The notes under the pieces are model-generated. The model worked only from the letters and a program-made list of their open reading frames with translations. It searched no databases and was not told where the DNA came from. Shown in pieces: positions 9,520 through 18,278 of a DNA stretch of 64,000 bases (the stretch's first letter is position 1; each line of letters starts with the position of its first letter). The stretch comes from an uncultured Gammaproteobacteria bacterium (GTDB taxonomy: Bacteria > Patescibacteriota > Microgenomatia > CAZETR01 > Amesbacteraceae): positions 122,000-185,999 of the forward strand of contig CAZIVL010000001.1 in NCBI GenBank assembly GCA_964543035.1, written 5' to 3'. The translations under genes and the position numbers were made by a program.

Positions 9520-10317
9520 TCACTTCAACTTTCCAAACTGAACTATTTCTAGCAACTTATCATGCAAAATTCCATTAGAAACAATACAACCAACACCATT
9601 TTGGTCATATCTTCTTTCGTTCCCATTCAAATCAGTAACTTTCCCACCAGCCTCTTCTGTAATAATTTTTAAAGCTGCAACATCATGACCATCTTTTTTA
9701 TAAAACACTCCAGCTGCAAACTTTCCATTTGCTACTTGAATAGCCCCGTAAATAAAAGAAGGAAACTTCATCACTCTAGATTTTTCATTGCCTAACAGTT
9801 CATGAACCGGTAAGTTTGAAAAACCTACGTCTTTTCCCGATGCGCCCGTAAGTGTATATGTATTTAAGAATGTTTTACTATCTGAGACAAATATCTGTTT
9901 TCCGTTTCTGTATGCTCCTCCATTTTTGACTGCCCAATACATGGTCTTCATAACTGGATCATTAACTAGACCCAAAATTGGTAACCCTTTTGATTGGTCA
10001 ACCAAGGCGATGGAAAAAACAAACAGGGGTAAACCACAGGAAAAAGCCATTGTTCCATCTATTGGATCACATACCCATATATATCTTGAATTTTTTTTCT
10101 TATAACTTTTTTCTTCTCCATAGACACTATGTTCAGGGTAGGTCTCCTTTATTCTTTTTATGACTAAGTCATTTATCTCTGTATCAGCTTTCGTAAGCGG
10201 TGTATCATCTTCTTTCCAGGTGCTGTCGATCTCAAAACTGAAATATTTTAAAGCAATCTCCTCTGCCTCATTAGCTAAACCTTTTGCAAATTCTAAATAA
10301 TTTTCCATCATTGTCAT
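9520..10317 (-). CDS. Inositol monophosphatase family protein
   Basis: TKAD, GEE, WVCDPIDGT, DVAAL.I..EAGG.VTD. Confidence 0.9.
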   Translation of the reverse strand: MTMMENYLEFAKGLANEAEEIALKYFSFEIDSTWKEDDTPLTKADTEINDLVIKRIKETYPEHSVYGEEKSYKKKNSRYIWVCDPIDGTMAFSCGLPLFVFSIALVDQSKGLPILGLVNDPVMKTMYWAVKNGGAYRNGKQIFVSDSKTFLNTYTLTGASGKDVGFSNLPVHELLGNEKSRVMKFPSFIYGAIQVANGKFAAGVFYKKDGHDVAALKIITEEAGGKVTDLNGNERRYDQNGVGCIVSNGILHDKLLEIVQFGKLK

Positions 10318-10321
10318 TTCT

Positions 10322-10395
10322 TGGCTGCGGGGCAGGGACTCGAACCCCGATTAATAGATCCAGATTCTATTGGCCTGCCATTAGCCGACCCCGCA
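10322..10395 (-). tRNA. tRNA-Gln(CTG), CCA encoded
   Basis: Reverse complement TGCGGGG...ATAGA-AT-CTG-GA-TCTAT...GGTTCGAGTCC...CCCCGCA-G-CCA; U1-A72 pair. Confidence 0.95.
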
Positions 10396-10420
10396 GTATG
10401 GGCTAATTTTACCACTTCAG

Positions 10421-10930
10421 CTATATCAGCTCGTATATCTGTCTACTCACATCAGCCACTACTTCCAATGGCAAGTGCACACCATCTGCCATCCATGGGA
10501 GCCCCAGCTTGATCTTCGTCTCAGTCTTGTCCTTCATCACCTTGACTCTAAAGAACAAAGATTTATTTATTTGCATGAGAAACTCCCGGTATTTATCACT
10601 ATCTATTAGTTGCACGTCTATCTCATGGACGTTTACTCCTTCTACTTTGATTAGTTGTTTGTCGCGGGAGAGAGTCCGCCAGTCAAAATTAAAAGTCTTA
10701 GATGAATTGTCTCCAATTTTGTCGAGCTCTGACACAGTAAGAGCCGTCACACTGTCGTTCAGAAATATCTGATTCTCAAATATTATCTGGTTTTTTGTAG
10801 GCAGTCTTTTTTCTTTCTCCAGTCCAAAGCCCAGTTTTTCAAATATTTTTACAAAAGTTTGAAATATTTCTTGGACGATTTGCACCCTCCCCGCATCTTT
10901 ATGCACGTCCAGTGTATTTACATCGTCCAT
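10421..10930 (-). CDS. Hypothetical protein
   Basis: 169 aa ORF; TAAAAT 9 nt upstream of the ATG. Confidence 0.6.
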   Translation of the reverse strand: MDDVNTLDVHKDAGRVQIVQEIFQTFVKIFEKLGFGLEKEKRLPTKNQIIFENQIFLNDSVTALTVSELDKIGDNSSKTFNFDWRTLSRDKQLIKVEGVNVHEIDVQLIDSDKYREFLMQINKSLFFRVKVMKDKTETKIKLGLPWMADGVHLPLEVVADVSRQIYELI

Positions 10931-10966
10931 ATTTGATCAATTTTACTCCCAATGTATACTTTATGA

Positions 10967-11254
10967 ATGGGTTCTATAGTAGATGCTCTTTTTTACACAA
11001 TTAACCGGGTCGAGGATGCGGTTCAGGTTGGAGCAATTACGACCGAGATTGAGATAGATCTAGGTGTCGCAGACAGATTGATTCGAAGATCTCAATCAGA
11101 CAAAAATCCTCAAACAAGAAGAGTCGCGGGTCTGGCAGCAGTAGATCTGATTGACATAATCACGGAAAATGCACAAAAGAAGCATGAACTACAAAGAGGT
11201 CTTTCGCTATCAGTCTTGGCGACAGGTTTTATCGAGGCTCTAAAAAGAGAGTAG
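10967..11254 (+). CDS. Hypothetical protein
   Basis: 95 aa ORF; TATACT 6 nt upstream of the ATG. Confidence 0.55.
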   Translation: MGSIVDALFYTINRVEDAVQVGAITTEIEIDLGVADRLIRRSQSDKNPQTRRVAGLAAVDLIDIITENAQKKHELQRGLSLSVLATGFIEALKRE

Positions 11255-11257
11255 CAG

Positions 11258-11764
11258 CTACTCCTCTGGTGGCTCGCCGCCGACCATTTCTCCCGGTTTC
11301 AGCCATTGGATATAGTCACACCCAGTCGCCTTCTTGGCCGCACTATCCCAGCCCGAAGTACTACACTTGATCATTCGTTTTCCCGCCGCAGTCGTGTACA
11401 GGACCAGTTTGTTTTGACACTTGGGGCAGCTCTCAGACAGTTCTTCAGTGGTTCCATTTATCCACTCCACATAGTCACACCCAGTCGCCTTCTTGGCCGC
11501 ACTGTCCCATCCCCCCGTGCTACATTTTTTCATTTTTTTACCAAACCTGGTGACGGCCAACATCAGAGGATTTCCGCACTTGGGACATTTTTCATCCAGT
11601 TCTTGAGGTTCGACAGCCAGCCACTTTACATAGTCACAGCCAGTTGGTTTATTTTTTGGATCCCAGGGACCAGCTGTACTACAGCGCTGCAACTTGCGAC
11701 CAGAGTTTGTTTCAGTAACAGGAGCCAGTGGCGCCCCACACTTCGGACACATTTCATCTGCCAT
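11258..11764 (-). CDS. Stand-alone topoisomerase C4 zinc-ribbon repeat protein (3 repeats)
   Basis: Three CPKC...CST...GCDY units; start reassigned to MADEM. Confidence 0.85.
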   Translation of the reverse strand: MADEMCPKCGAPLAPVTETNSGRKLQRCSTAGPWDPKNKPTGCDYVKWLAVEPQELDEKCPKCGNPLMLAVTRFGKKMKKCSTGGWDSAAKKATGCDYVEWINGTTEELSESCPKCQNKLVLYTTAAGKRMIKCSTSGWDSAAKKATGCDYIQWLKPGEMVGGEPPEE

Positions 11765-11788
11765 AGAAATAAATGATAACATAATATT

Positions 11789-12730
11789 ATGCTTTCGCAT
11801 CTTGCCCTATATGCAGCAGCTTTTGTGGGGATCTGGATTGGATCTGGTTTGACCATCAAAGCAGTAGAGCATCTGTCTCGCAAGCTAAAGCTATCCTCAT
11901 TTGCCGTTTCTTTCTTACTGTTGGGCTTCTTCACCTCAGCCAGCGAGATCTCAGTGGGTATCAATTCTGTTTTGACAAATAACCCCGAGATCTATGTAGG
12001 TAATCTCATCGGTGCTTCTCTGGTTCTCTTTGTTCTCGTGGTGCCTCTTTTGGCCATCGTGACTGGCAAGGTGGTAATAAACAAGCAGTTCCAGGGCTCT
12101 ACACTTTTTTACTCTCTAATAGTCATTGCAGCCCCGGTCGTTCTAGCAGCCGACGGCCGAATAGGAAAAATCGATAGCATTATTTGTATCGTTTTATACG
12201 TGATCCTGGCCGTCGCCATCGAGTCCAAGAGGGGACTACTGGCAGCAGCCAGTCAAAAAAATCCGATATCGACCATCCACATGGGCAAGATTGCGCTTGC
12301 CATGCTCGGAGGTCTCGCTTTGGTATTTTTCAGCAGCAAGATAGTTGTGAGCCAGACTCTGTATCTATCCGAGACCTTGGGTATATCCTCATTTCTTTTG
12401 AGTCTTTTACTTATCTCTATTGGTACAAATGTCCCCGAGCTTTCATTTGTCTTCAGATCCCTGTTTTCCAAGTCCAATCAAGTCGCCTTTGGTGACTATG
12501 TAGGCTCAGCCGCCTTCAATACTTTTTTGATAGGCATCCTTACTCTGTATTATGGCCAGACCGTGCAGCTGACAAACAGTTACCTTGTCAGTTTGTCTTT
12601 TTTGGTTGTCTCTCTCGTAGTCTTCTATATCTACGCCAGGACCAAAGGCTCACTTTCTAGGTTGGAAGGTTTTTGTCTCTTAGTCTTCTATCTTCTGTTT
12701 CTGGGCACCGAGATTCTTATTCATTCGTAG
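11789..12730 (+). CDS. Ca2+/Na+ antiporter (CaCA, YrbG-like)
   Basis: Two alpha repeats TSASE...GNLIGA and GTNVPE...GDYVGS; about 10 TMs. Confidence 0.85.
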   Translation: MLSHLALYAAAFVGIWIGSGLTIKAVEHLSRKLKLSSFAVSFLLLGFFTSASEISVGINSVLTNNPEIYVGNLIGASLVLFVLVVPLLAIVTGKVVINKQFQGSTLFYSLIVIAAPVVLAADGRIGKIDSIICIVLYVILAVAIESKRGLLAAASQKNPISTIHMGKIALAMLGGLALVFFSSKIVVSQTLYLSETLGISSFLLSLLLISIGTNVPELSFVFRSLFSKSNQVAFGDYVGSAAFNTFLIGILTLYYGQTVQLTNSYLVSLSFLVVSLVVFYIYARTKGSLSRLEGFCLLVFYLLFLGTEILIHS

Positions 12731-13801
12731 TCCAGAGCTTTTTCGATTTAGGTACCAGGCAGTCAATACGGCAGTCAGTGGCACTGCGGCAATGAGCCCC
12801 ACACTTCCTACTATCGTACGTATTATCTCTTCCATAATTATTTCGCTATTCAATATCGACCACAACGGATATCCGTTTGGATTCAAGACCAAAGTCAAAA
12901 ATATTGGCAACGAGGCTCCGGCGTATGCCAGAACTAGAGTATTTACCAGTGATGCGATATGTTCCCGGCCAATATTCATACCCATTTCAAATAATCTTGC
13001 AAACTTCAGTCTGGTATTAGCACTTGATATCTCAAACAATGAAGCCGAAAGACTTGTCGTCACGTCATCAAGTACGCCCAAGGTTCCGATCATCATACCT
13101 CCCAAAAGCAATCCTTTAAAATTGATAATCGATGCCGCACCAAATCGGAGCATATATGCCTCTTCACTTCCAAGACCTGTCAGTTGGGTAAAGTGTGTAA
13201 ACAAAACAGACAATAGGCCAGTACCCACTAGAGTCAAAAAAGTGGCCACCAACGCGATGGTCGTTTTTCGGGACAGTCCATGGGCCAGATAGATCGTCGT
13301 TATCATAATAAAAAAACATCCGGCTATGCTTATAATCAGTGGATCTCGCCCTGCCAATATTTGAGGAACTACAAATTTTACTATTACAATCAGGCTCAAT
13401 ATCATTCCCATGATTGATCCCACTCCTTTCCATCCAGCCAGTATCATGATTGCTCCAAAAAACCCAGCGATCACCCATCCGACTTTGTCCAATCTATATT
13501 TGTCTATAATTTGATATATTGGCGCATCATCCAGCCCTGAAGTTTTTACCACAACTACAATTTCACCCTCCGAGGCCATTTGACCAGCACTCAAGGTGTA
13601 CCCCTTTCCATGTTCAATCGAAAGACCTCTACCTTTCATATCACCCTCAAGAAACGTGACATCTATTATTTGATACCCATCTGCCTCATTTACTTTCTCC
13701 ACTCGTGCTCTATAAAAACTTTCTTGCGAACTTACCAGACTAGAAGCGTTCAAAAAAAACAAAAAAAAGACAAAAATACTTTTCGATAAAAACTTAATCA
13801 C
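12680..13801 (-). CDS. YibE/F family membrane protein
   Basis: IGTLGVLDDVT, GREHIASLVNTLVLAYAGASLP, EEIIRTIVGS. Confidence 0.85.
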   Translation of the reverse strand: MIKFLSKSIFVFFLFFLNASSLVSSQESFYRARVEKVNEADGYQIIDVTFLEGDMKGRGLSIEHGKGYTLSAGQMASEGEIVVVVKTSGLDDAPIYQIIDKYRLDKVGWVIAGFFGAIMILAGWKGVGSIMGMILSLIVIVKFVVPQILAGRDPLIISIAGCFFIMITTIYLAHGLSRKTTIALVATFLTLVGTGLLSVLFTHFTQLTGLGSEEAYMLRFGAASIINFKGLLLGGMMIGTLGVLDDVTTSLSASLFEISSANTRLKFARLFEMGMNIGREHIASLVNTLVLAYAGASLPIFLTLVLNPNGYPLWSILNSEIIMEEIIRTIVGSVGLIAAVPLTAVLTAWYLNRKSSGLRMNKNLGAQKQKIED

Positions 13802-14598
13802 TTTACCCTGGTTGTCAAATAGGTGACAAAAAATATCGCCATTGTGTTCAATACGATCACTCCTCCCGGGGCCAGATTCAGATAAAATGACATAAATACT
13901 CCGCCAACCACCGAAACCACAGAGATAATCTGTGCAATTATGACTGTCGGGATAAATGTCTTTCTAAATTGCAAAGCAGATATGGCAGGTACAATAAGTA
14001 GTGCCGAAATCAGCATAATACCTACTATCGGAATTGACAGCGATATTGTGACTGCAGACAGTGCAATAAAAACTGTGTTTATAATTTTTGTTTTCAATCC
14101 AGCCACAAACGCCGAATCCTCGTCAAACGAAACATACAGGAGAGACTTATAAATTACGGCCATAATTACCATTACACAAAGTCCAAGTATGACGACAGTC
14201 CACACATCACCCGCAGTGACAGTCGCAATGCTTCCAAACAAGTAGGAAAAAAGGCTGGTGTTAAATCCGTTTGATAGGCTGATGAGGACAACTGCCAGAG
14301 CCAGGCTGCCAGACAAAAACAATGCCAGTGCAGACTCCCCATATACTTTTTTGGAATTTCTCAATTTTTCGATCACCACAGATGACCCCACAGTGGCAAG
14401 AGTTGCCGTGATCAGAGGATTTATCTTAAGCAGGAGCCCCAAGGCAATCCCAGCCAATGACACGTGTGCGAGTGTATCAGCAATCAGCGAGTACCTTCGC
14501 AAGACCAAAAAGATTCCGATGATTGGGGCAATGACGGCTATACAGACTCCAGCGATCAAGCCTCGGACTATAAAATCATATTGTAGTAGCTCGAGCAT
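13798..14598 (-). CDS. znuB: Zn/Mn ABC transporter permease
   Basis: RRYSLIADTLAHVSLAG, YLFGSI, SFDED.A. Confidence 0.9.
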   Translation of the reverse strand: MLELLQYDFIVRGLIAGVCIAVIAPIIGIFLVLRRYSLIADTLAHVSLAGIALGLLLKINPLITATLATVGSSVVIEKLRNSKKVYGESALALFLSGSLALAVVLISLSNGFNTSLFSYLFGSIATVTAGDVWTVVILGLCVMVIMAVIYKSLLYVSFDEDSAFVAGLKTKIINTVFIALSAVTISLSIPIVGIMLISALLIVPAISALQFRKTFIPTVIIAQIISVVSVVGGVFMSFYLNLAPGGVIVLNTMAIFFVTYLTTRVK

Positions 14599-14603
14599 GA
14601 GTA

Positions 14604-15269
14604 TTAGTGATGATGATGAATAACTTTACTGTCATTTAGAAATTCTTTGGGGGAACCGTGATATGTCATTGTCTGATTAATGCAGGCCAGTTCAGTGACT
14701 TCCTCAGTTATCACCTCAATATCGTGAGAGATGAGGATTAAGGTAATTCCCAAATCGTGGTTCAACTTAGAGAGCAAGTTGTAAAACTGTTCCTGCGATT
14801 CGAGATCCACCCCGCTCGTCGGTTCATCCAAAAATATGACTTCAGCTTCTTGGGCTAGGGCTCTGGCAATAAATACTCTTTGTTGCTGTCCCCCAGACAG
14901 ATCACCAATCAACCTGTCCGAAAGATCCAGAAGACCCACCTCATCCAGCGCTTTATTGGCTCTTTCTTCGTTATTCCCCATTGCCACCACCTCCCGAGCA
15001 GTCACCGGAAACAGTGAGTCAATATTTGTCGCCTTCTGAGCCACATATCCTACTGATTTAGTGTTCACCCGGATCTCCCCCGATTGAGATGGAATAAGTC
15101 CCAAAATAAGTTTGACCAAGGTTGTTTTTCCACCACCATTTGGTCCTACCAACCCAAGGTAATCTCCTCTATGGATATTCAGGTTAATGTCTTTCAAGAC
15201 CAATCGGTCGCCATATCCAAAGGACAGATTGTTTACCTCAACTATGTTCTCGTCGTGATTTACTTGCAT
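14604..15269 (-). CDS. znuC: Zn/Mn ABC transporter ATPase
   Basis: GPNGGGKT, LSGGQQQR, LDEPTSGVD, His tail. Confidence 0.9.
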   Translation of the reverse strand: MQVNHDENIVEVNNLSFGYGDRLVLKDINLNIHRGDYLGLVGPNGGGKTTLVKLILGLIPSQSGEIRVNTKSVGYVAQKATNIDSLFPVTAREVVAMGNNEERANKALDEVGLLDLSDRLIGDLSGGQQQRVFIARALAQEAEVIFLDEPTSGVDLESQEQFYNLLSKLNHDLGITLILISHDIEVITEEVTELACINQTMTYHGSPKEFLNDSKVIHHHH

Positions 15270-16132
15270 GATAAAGCGAGTTCTAAGTTACTTAGATTAT
15301 CTCTCATTACTTCAAAATAATCCCGGCCCAGATAACCCTCTATCGGATCCAACACCAAAATCTTTGCTCCTACTTCATCTGCAAGAGTCTGTGCGAGTTT
15401 GGGACTGACTAGAGTTTCAAAAAAAATATAATTCACTTCATTTTCTTTTACAAAATTAGTGAGTTCTGCCAGTCCTTTTAGCGAGGGTTCCGCCTCAGGA
15501 GACAGGCCAGTGATTGGTACCTGTTTTAGACCATAGGCAGAAGCCAAATAGCCAAAAGCAGCGTGCGAGGTTACTATTTCCCGCCTGACACATTCAGCCA
15601 AACCCGACTCAAAGTCCCGGTCTAGCTCACTAAGTCTCGCAGATATATTGTCCATACGACTCACATAGTAGTCTTTATTGTCAGGATCAAGAGCTATTAG
15701 TTCGGCTCCTATTAGTCTGACCATTTCTTGGGCGAGTCCTGGGTCCAGCCAGATATGCGGATCCTTCATACTTTCTCCATCTTCGTCAATTTCAATCAAT
15801 TGTCCCAAGTCTCTATTCAGCTCCAAAACCTTTGTTTGGACATCACCAGCCCAAGGTTCCACCCCCCCGATTATGACCAGCAGTTTACTGCTTTGGATAT
15901 TGGCAATGTCTCTTGCGGTGGGTTCGTAATCATGTGGTTCTACGCCGGAAGGTGTGATATTTATCACCTTCATTTTGTCACCCGCAATTTGTGAGACAAA
16001 AAAATAAACCGGATAAAAAGACGTCGTCACCATTTCTGACTTGTTTGTCTTGTTTGACTTATAAGACATAAGTCCAGTTATTAGGATTACTGCGATTCCC
16101 AGTATCGTCAGAATTACAAACAGTTTTCGCAT
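15260..16132 (-). CDS. znuA: Zn ABC transporter substrate-binding protein
   Basis: EPHDYEPT, DPHIWLDP, TSHAAFGY, DPIEG. Confidence 0.9.
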   Translation of the reverse strand: MRKLFVILTILGIAVILITGLMSYKSNKTNKSEMVTTSFYPVYFFVSQIAGDKMKVINITPSGVEPHDYEPTARDIANIQSSKLLVIIGGVEPWAGDVQTKVLELNRDLGQLIEIDEDGESMKDPHIWLDPGLAQEMVRLIGAELIALDPDNKDYYVSRMDNISARLSELDRDFESGLAECVRREIVTSHAAFGYLASAYGLKQVPITGLSPEAEPSLKGLAELTNFVKENEVNYIFFETLVSPKLAQTLADEVGAKILVLDPIEGYLGRDYFEVMRDNLSNLELALSCK

Positions 16133-16455
16133 AAGCCAAAAAACTCCACACTGTGCCTTATTAGACTAAACCCTTTCACTTTTGGAAACAAATAACGCTC
16201 ATCCACTTTTACATCTTTTACCAAATTACATTTAGTGCAGATCGCGTGGTGATGATGATCTGATTTTGCCAGCTCATATCTTTTCTTACCATCCCCAAAA
16301 TCTACTTCCACGACACTTCCATCGGCAATCATCTTCGGCAGCTCTCTATATATAGTAGTCTTGTTTACGTGGATCTTCTCCACTAGGTCGGGTACAGCCA
16401 TTAGTCCTGATTCCAAAAGTTTTTGTATCTCGTTGCGGGTCTTTGAAATTCTCAT
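16114..16455 (-). CDS. Fur-family regulator, probably Zur
   Basis: TTIYR, HHHHAICTKC, FGLCENC; heads znuACB; start reassigned to MRISK. Confidence 0.85.
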   Translation of the reverse strand: MRISKTRNEIQKLLESGLMAVPDLVEKIHVNKTTIYRELPKMIADGSVVEVDFGDGKKRYELAKSDHHHHAICTKCNLVKDVKVDERYLFPKVKGFSLIRHSVEFFGLCENCL

Positions 16456-16461
16456 GTGTCT

Positions 16462-16491
16462 ATTATAATGCAACTAAGTTGCATGAGTCAA
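16462..16491 (-). promoter_or_regulatory. Promoter TTGACT-18-TATAAT with palindromic operator ATGCAACT-A-AGTTGCAT (16468-16484)
   Basis: Perfect 8-1-8 inverted repeat in the spacer; -10 lies 6 nt from the regulator ATG. Confidence 0.75.
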
Positions 16492-16535
16492 TAGGTCTTG
16501 TGATTAATCAATTAATCATGTACATTAGTTCAGCC

Positions 16536-16985
16536 ATGCAAGACGACTTAACAAAAGACCCCGAAGTGATCGAAGGCGAGGTAGTCGATGAAACTCCCAA
16601 CGTGGCAGTTTCCCAGACCCTAGATCTCACCAGTCTCATAAATGAGCATGTGGGCAGGATAGAAAAGCTCAAGATCGAGATGGGTAAATACAAAGAGATG
16701 TTGGATGACATTTTTCAAAATGATCCCACATATCAACAGCACGACAAGTTAGTCAAAGAAGCCCAAAAGGTGCGCAATGGGACGAAGAAACAGCTGATGA
16801 AGATGCCCCAGGCAGCAGATCTGGTGAGTAGGATCCAAGAATTCAAAAATATGATTAAGGAATCCAACGAGTCTCTGTCTGGATATTTGCAGGAGTATCA
16901 GAGATCCACCGGTTTGTTTCAGATCGAGACCTCAGACGGTTCAGTTCGAGAGATCATCTACACCGCCCGCCTCATAAAAGCGTAG
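16536..16985 (+). CDS. Hypothetical coiled-coil protein
   Basis: Start reassigned to MQDDL (TACATT 9 nt upstream); heptad-rich. Confidence 0.65.
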   Translation: MQDDLTKDPEVIEGEVVDETPNVAVSQTLDLTSLINEHVGRIEKLKIEMGKYKEMLDDIFQNDPTYQQHDKLVKEAQKVRNGTKKQLMKMPQAADLVSRIQEFKNMIKESNESLSGYLQEYQRSTGLFQIETSDGSVREIIYTARLIKA

Positions 16986-17049
16986 TAGATACACCACGTT
17001 TGTATATTGCTTTCGGTCAATTCGCATTGTACATTTAGATATCAATCAC

Positions 17050-17709
17050 ATGCAGCTTGCCAGACCCCTTTTTCTTGTAGTATTTGGCGGTACTCTTGCC
17101 CTCACTATTCTCCAGCTTACCCTGACGTCCGTGACCCAAGCGGCCATTCCTGCCGGTTGTGTGCCGGCGACAGCAGATGGCGTCTATGATTCTAGTCAGA
17201 CCGTGGCTTTCTGGAATAACAGGGAACTCAATGTCTCGCCCACGATTCTTGCAAACCTACCAGAGGATCAAGCAGTTCTAGGTGAAAACTCCGGGGACAA
17301 ATGGATTGAGATCGATTTGTCAGAACAAAAATTGACCGCCCACCAAGGCGACTCAATATTTCTGACTACCCTTATTTCCAGTGGTCTGACGAACAAGACT
17401 CCCGTAGGTGACTACCAGATCTGGTACAAGATTGCTTCGACCAAGATGGAAGGGGGCAACAAGCTCAATAGTAGTTACTACTATTTGCCAAATGTTCCCT
17501 TCACCATGTTCTTCAAGGGCGATTACGGTATTCACGGCACCTACTGGCACAACAATTTTGGCAATCCCATGTCCCATGGTTGTGTAAATACTCCGACCGA
17601 TATGGCCAGACGTCTTTTCTACTGGGCAGATCCAAAATTACCAGAGGGTAAGATGTTAGTTCGCGCTACTCCCGACAACCCCGGCACCCGCGTGGTTATC
17701 CACGAGTAA
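17050..17709 (+). CDS. L,D-transpeptidase (YkuD family)
   Basis: IEIDLSEQ, TPVG, GIHGTYWH...SHGCVN. Confidence 0.9.
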   Translation: MQLARPLFLVVFGGTLALTILQLTLTSVTQAAIPAGCVPATADGVYDSSQTVAFWNNRELNVSPTILANLPEDQAVLGENSGDKWIEIDLSEQKLTAHQGDSIFLTTLISSGLTNKTPVGDYQIWYKIASTKMEGGNKLNSSYYYLPNVPFTMFFKGDYGIHGTYWHNNFGNPMSHGCVNTPTDMARRLFYWADPKLPEGKMLVRATPDNPGTRVVIHE

Positions 17710-17729
17710 TCCTGTAGTATAATCTGTTG

Positions 17730-18167
17730 ATGACGGATAAAAGGGTAAAATATGCATATGTGCACGAGGGTTGCGTCTATAACCAGTTAGATCGAACAGA
17801 CCTGGAAACACACGCTCTGGCAAAAGCTCAATCCGCAGCTCAATTTTTAGACCGAATAAGACAAACAGATGGAATACGAATTGCAACAATTGACGAATCA
17901 AACAAATCCTGTTTTGACCCTGTCGAAATAGCCGAAGCTGACGTACTCATCGATAACGTTTCGGGTGCTGACTTAGAACAATGCGGGGCTGCGTGGGCAT
18001 TTGGCAGAAACGCCTCAATCGTATTAGCTTGTGGAGGTTTTGAAGAAGTATGTACAGAAGGAGCCAGGGATGTATTTAGAAGAGTTGGTGTGGATAGCGA
18101 TATAGAGCTTAGAGGTACGGTAAGATTATTCGATAAAGAAAATAAAAAATTATACCCTCCTCGATGA
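17730..18167 (+). CDS. Hypothetical protein, weakly cysteine-hydrolase-like
   Basis: TATAAT 6 nt before ATG 17730; LACGGFEEVCT resembles the isochorismatase G....C strand. Confidence 0.5.
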   Translation: MTDKRVKYAYVHEGCVYNQLDRTDLETHALAKAQSAAQFLDRIRQTDGIRIATIDESNKSCFDPVEIAEADVLIDNVSGADLEQCGAAWAFGRNASIVLACGGFEEVCTEGARDVFRRVGVDSDIELRGTVRLFDKENKKLYPPR

Positions 18168-18193
18168 TTAAACAACTGACACTCTTTGATACA

Positions 18194-18227
18194 TTGACAG
18201 TTATCACTCGATGTTATAGACTGCCAA
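18194..18227 (+). promoter_or_regulatory. lon promoter (TTGACA-17-TAGACT) overlapped by a CIRCE-like operator
   Basis: TTATCACTC-N9-GACTGCCAA at 18201-18227 versus the CIRCE consensus TTAGCACTC-N9-GAGTGCTAA. Confidence 0.75.
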
Positions 18228-18278
18228 TCGTAGATGATCATTTTATTAGTCGATCATCGGAGATATAGTTATTGAGTT

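Noticed and set aside
10321-10512. 63-aa plus-strand ORF
   Set aside because: Antisense to tRNA-Gln and to the end of the 10421 gene
12680-12730. Convergent 51-nt overlap of the antiporter and YibE/F 3' ends as antisense regulation
   Set aside because: Most simply explained by stop-codon drift in a compact genome
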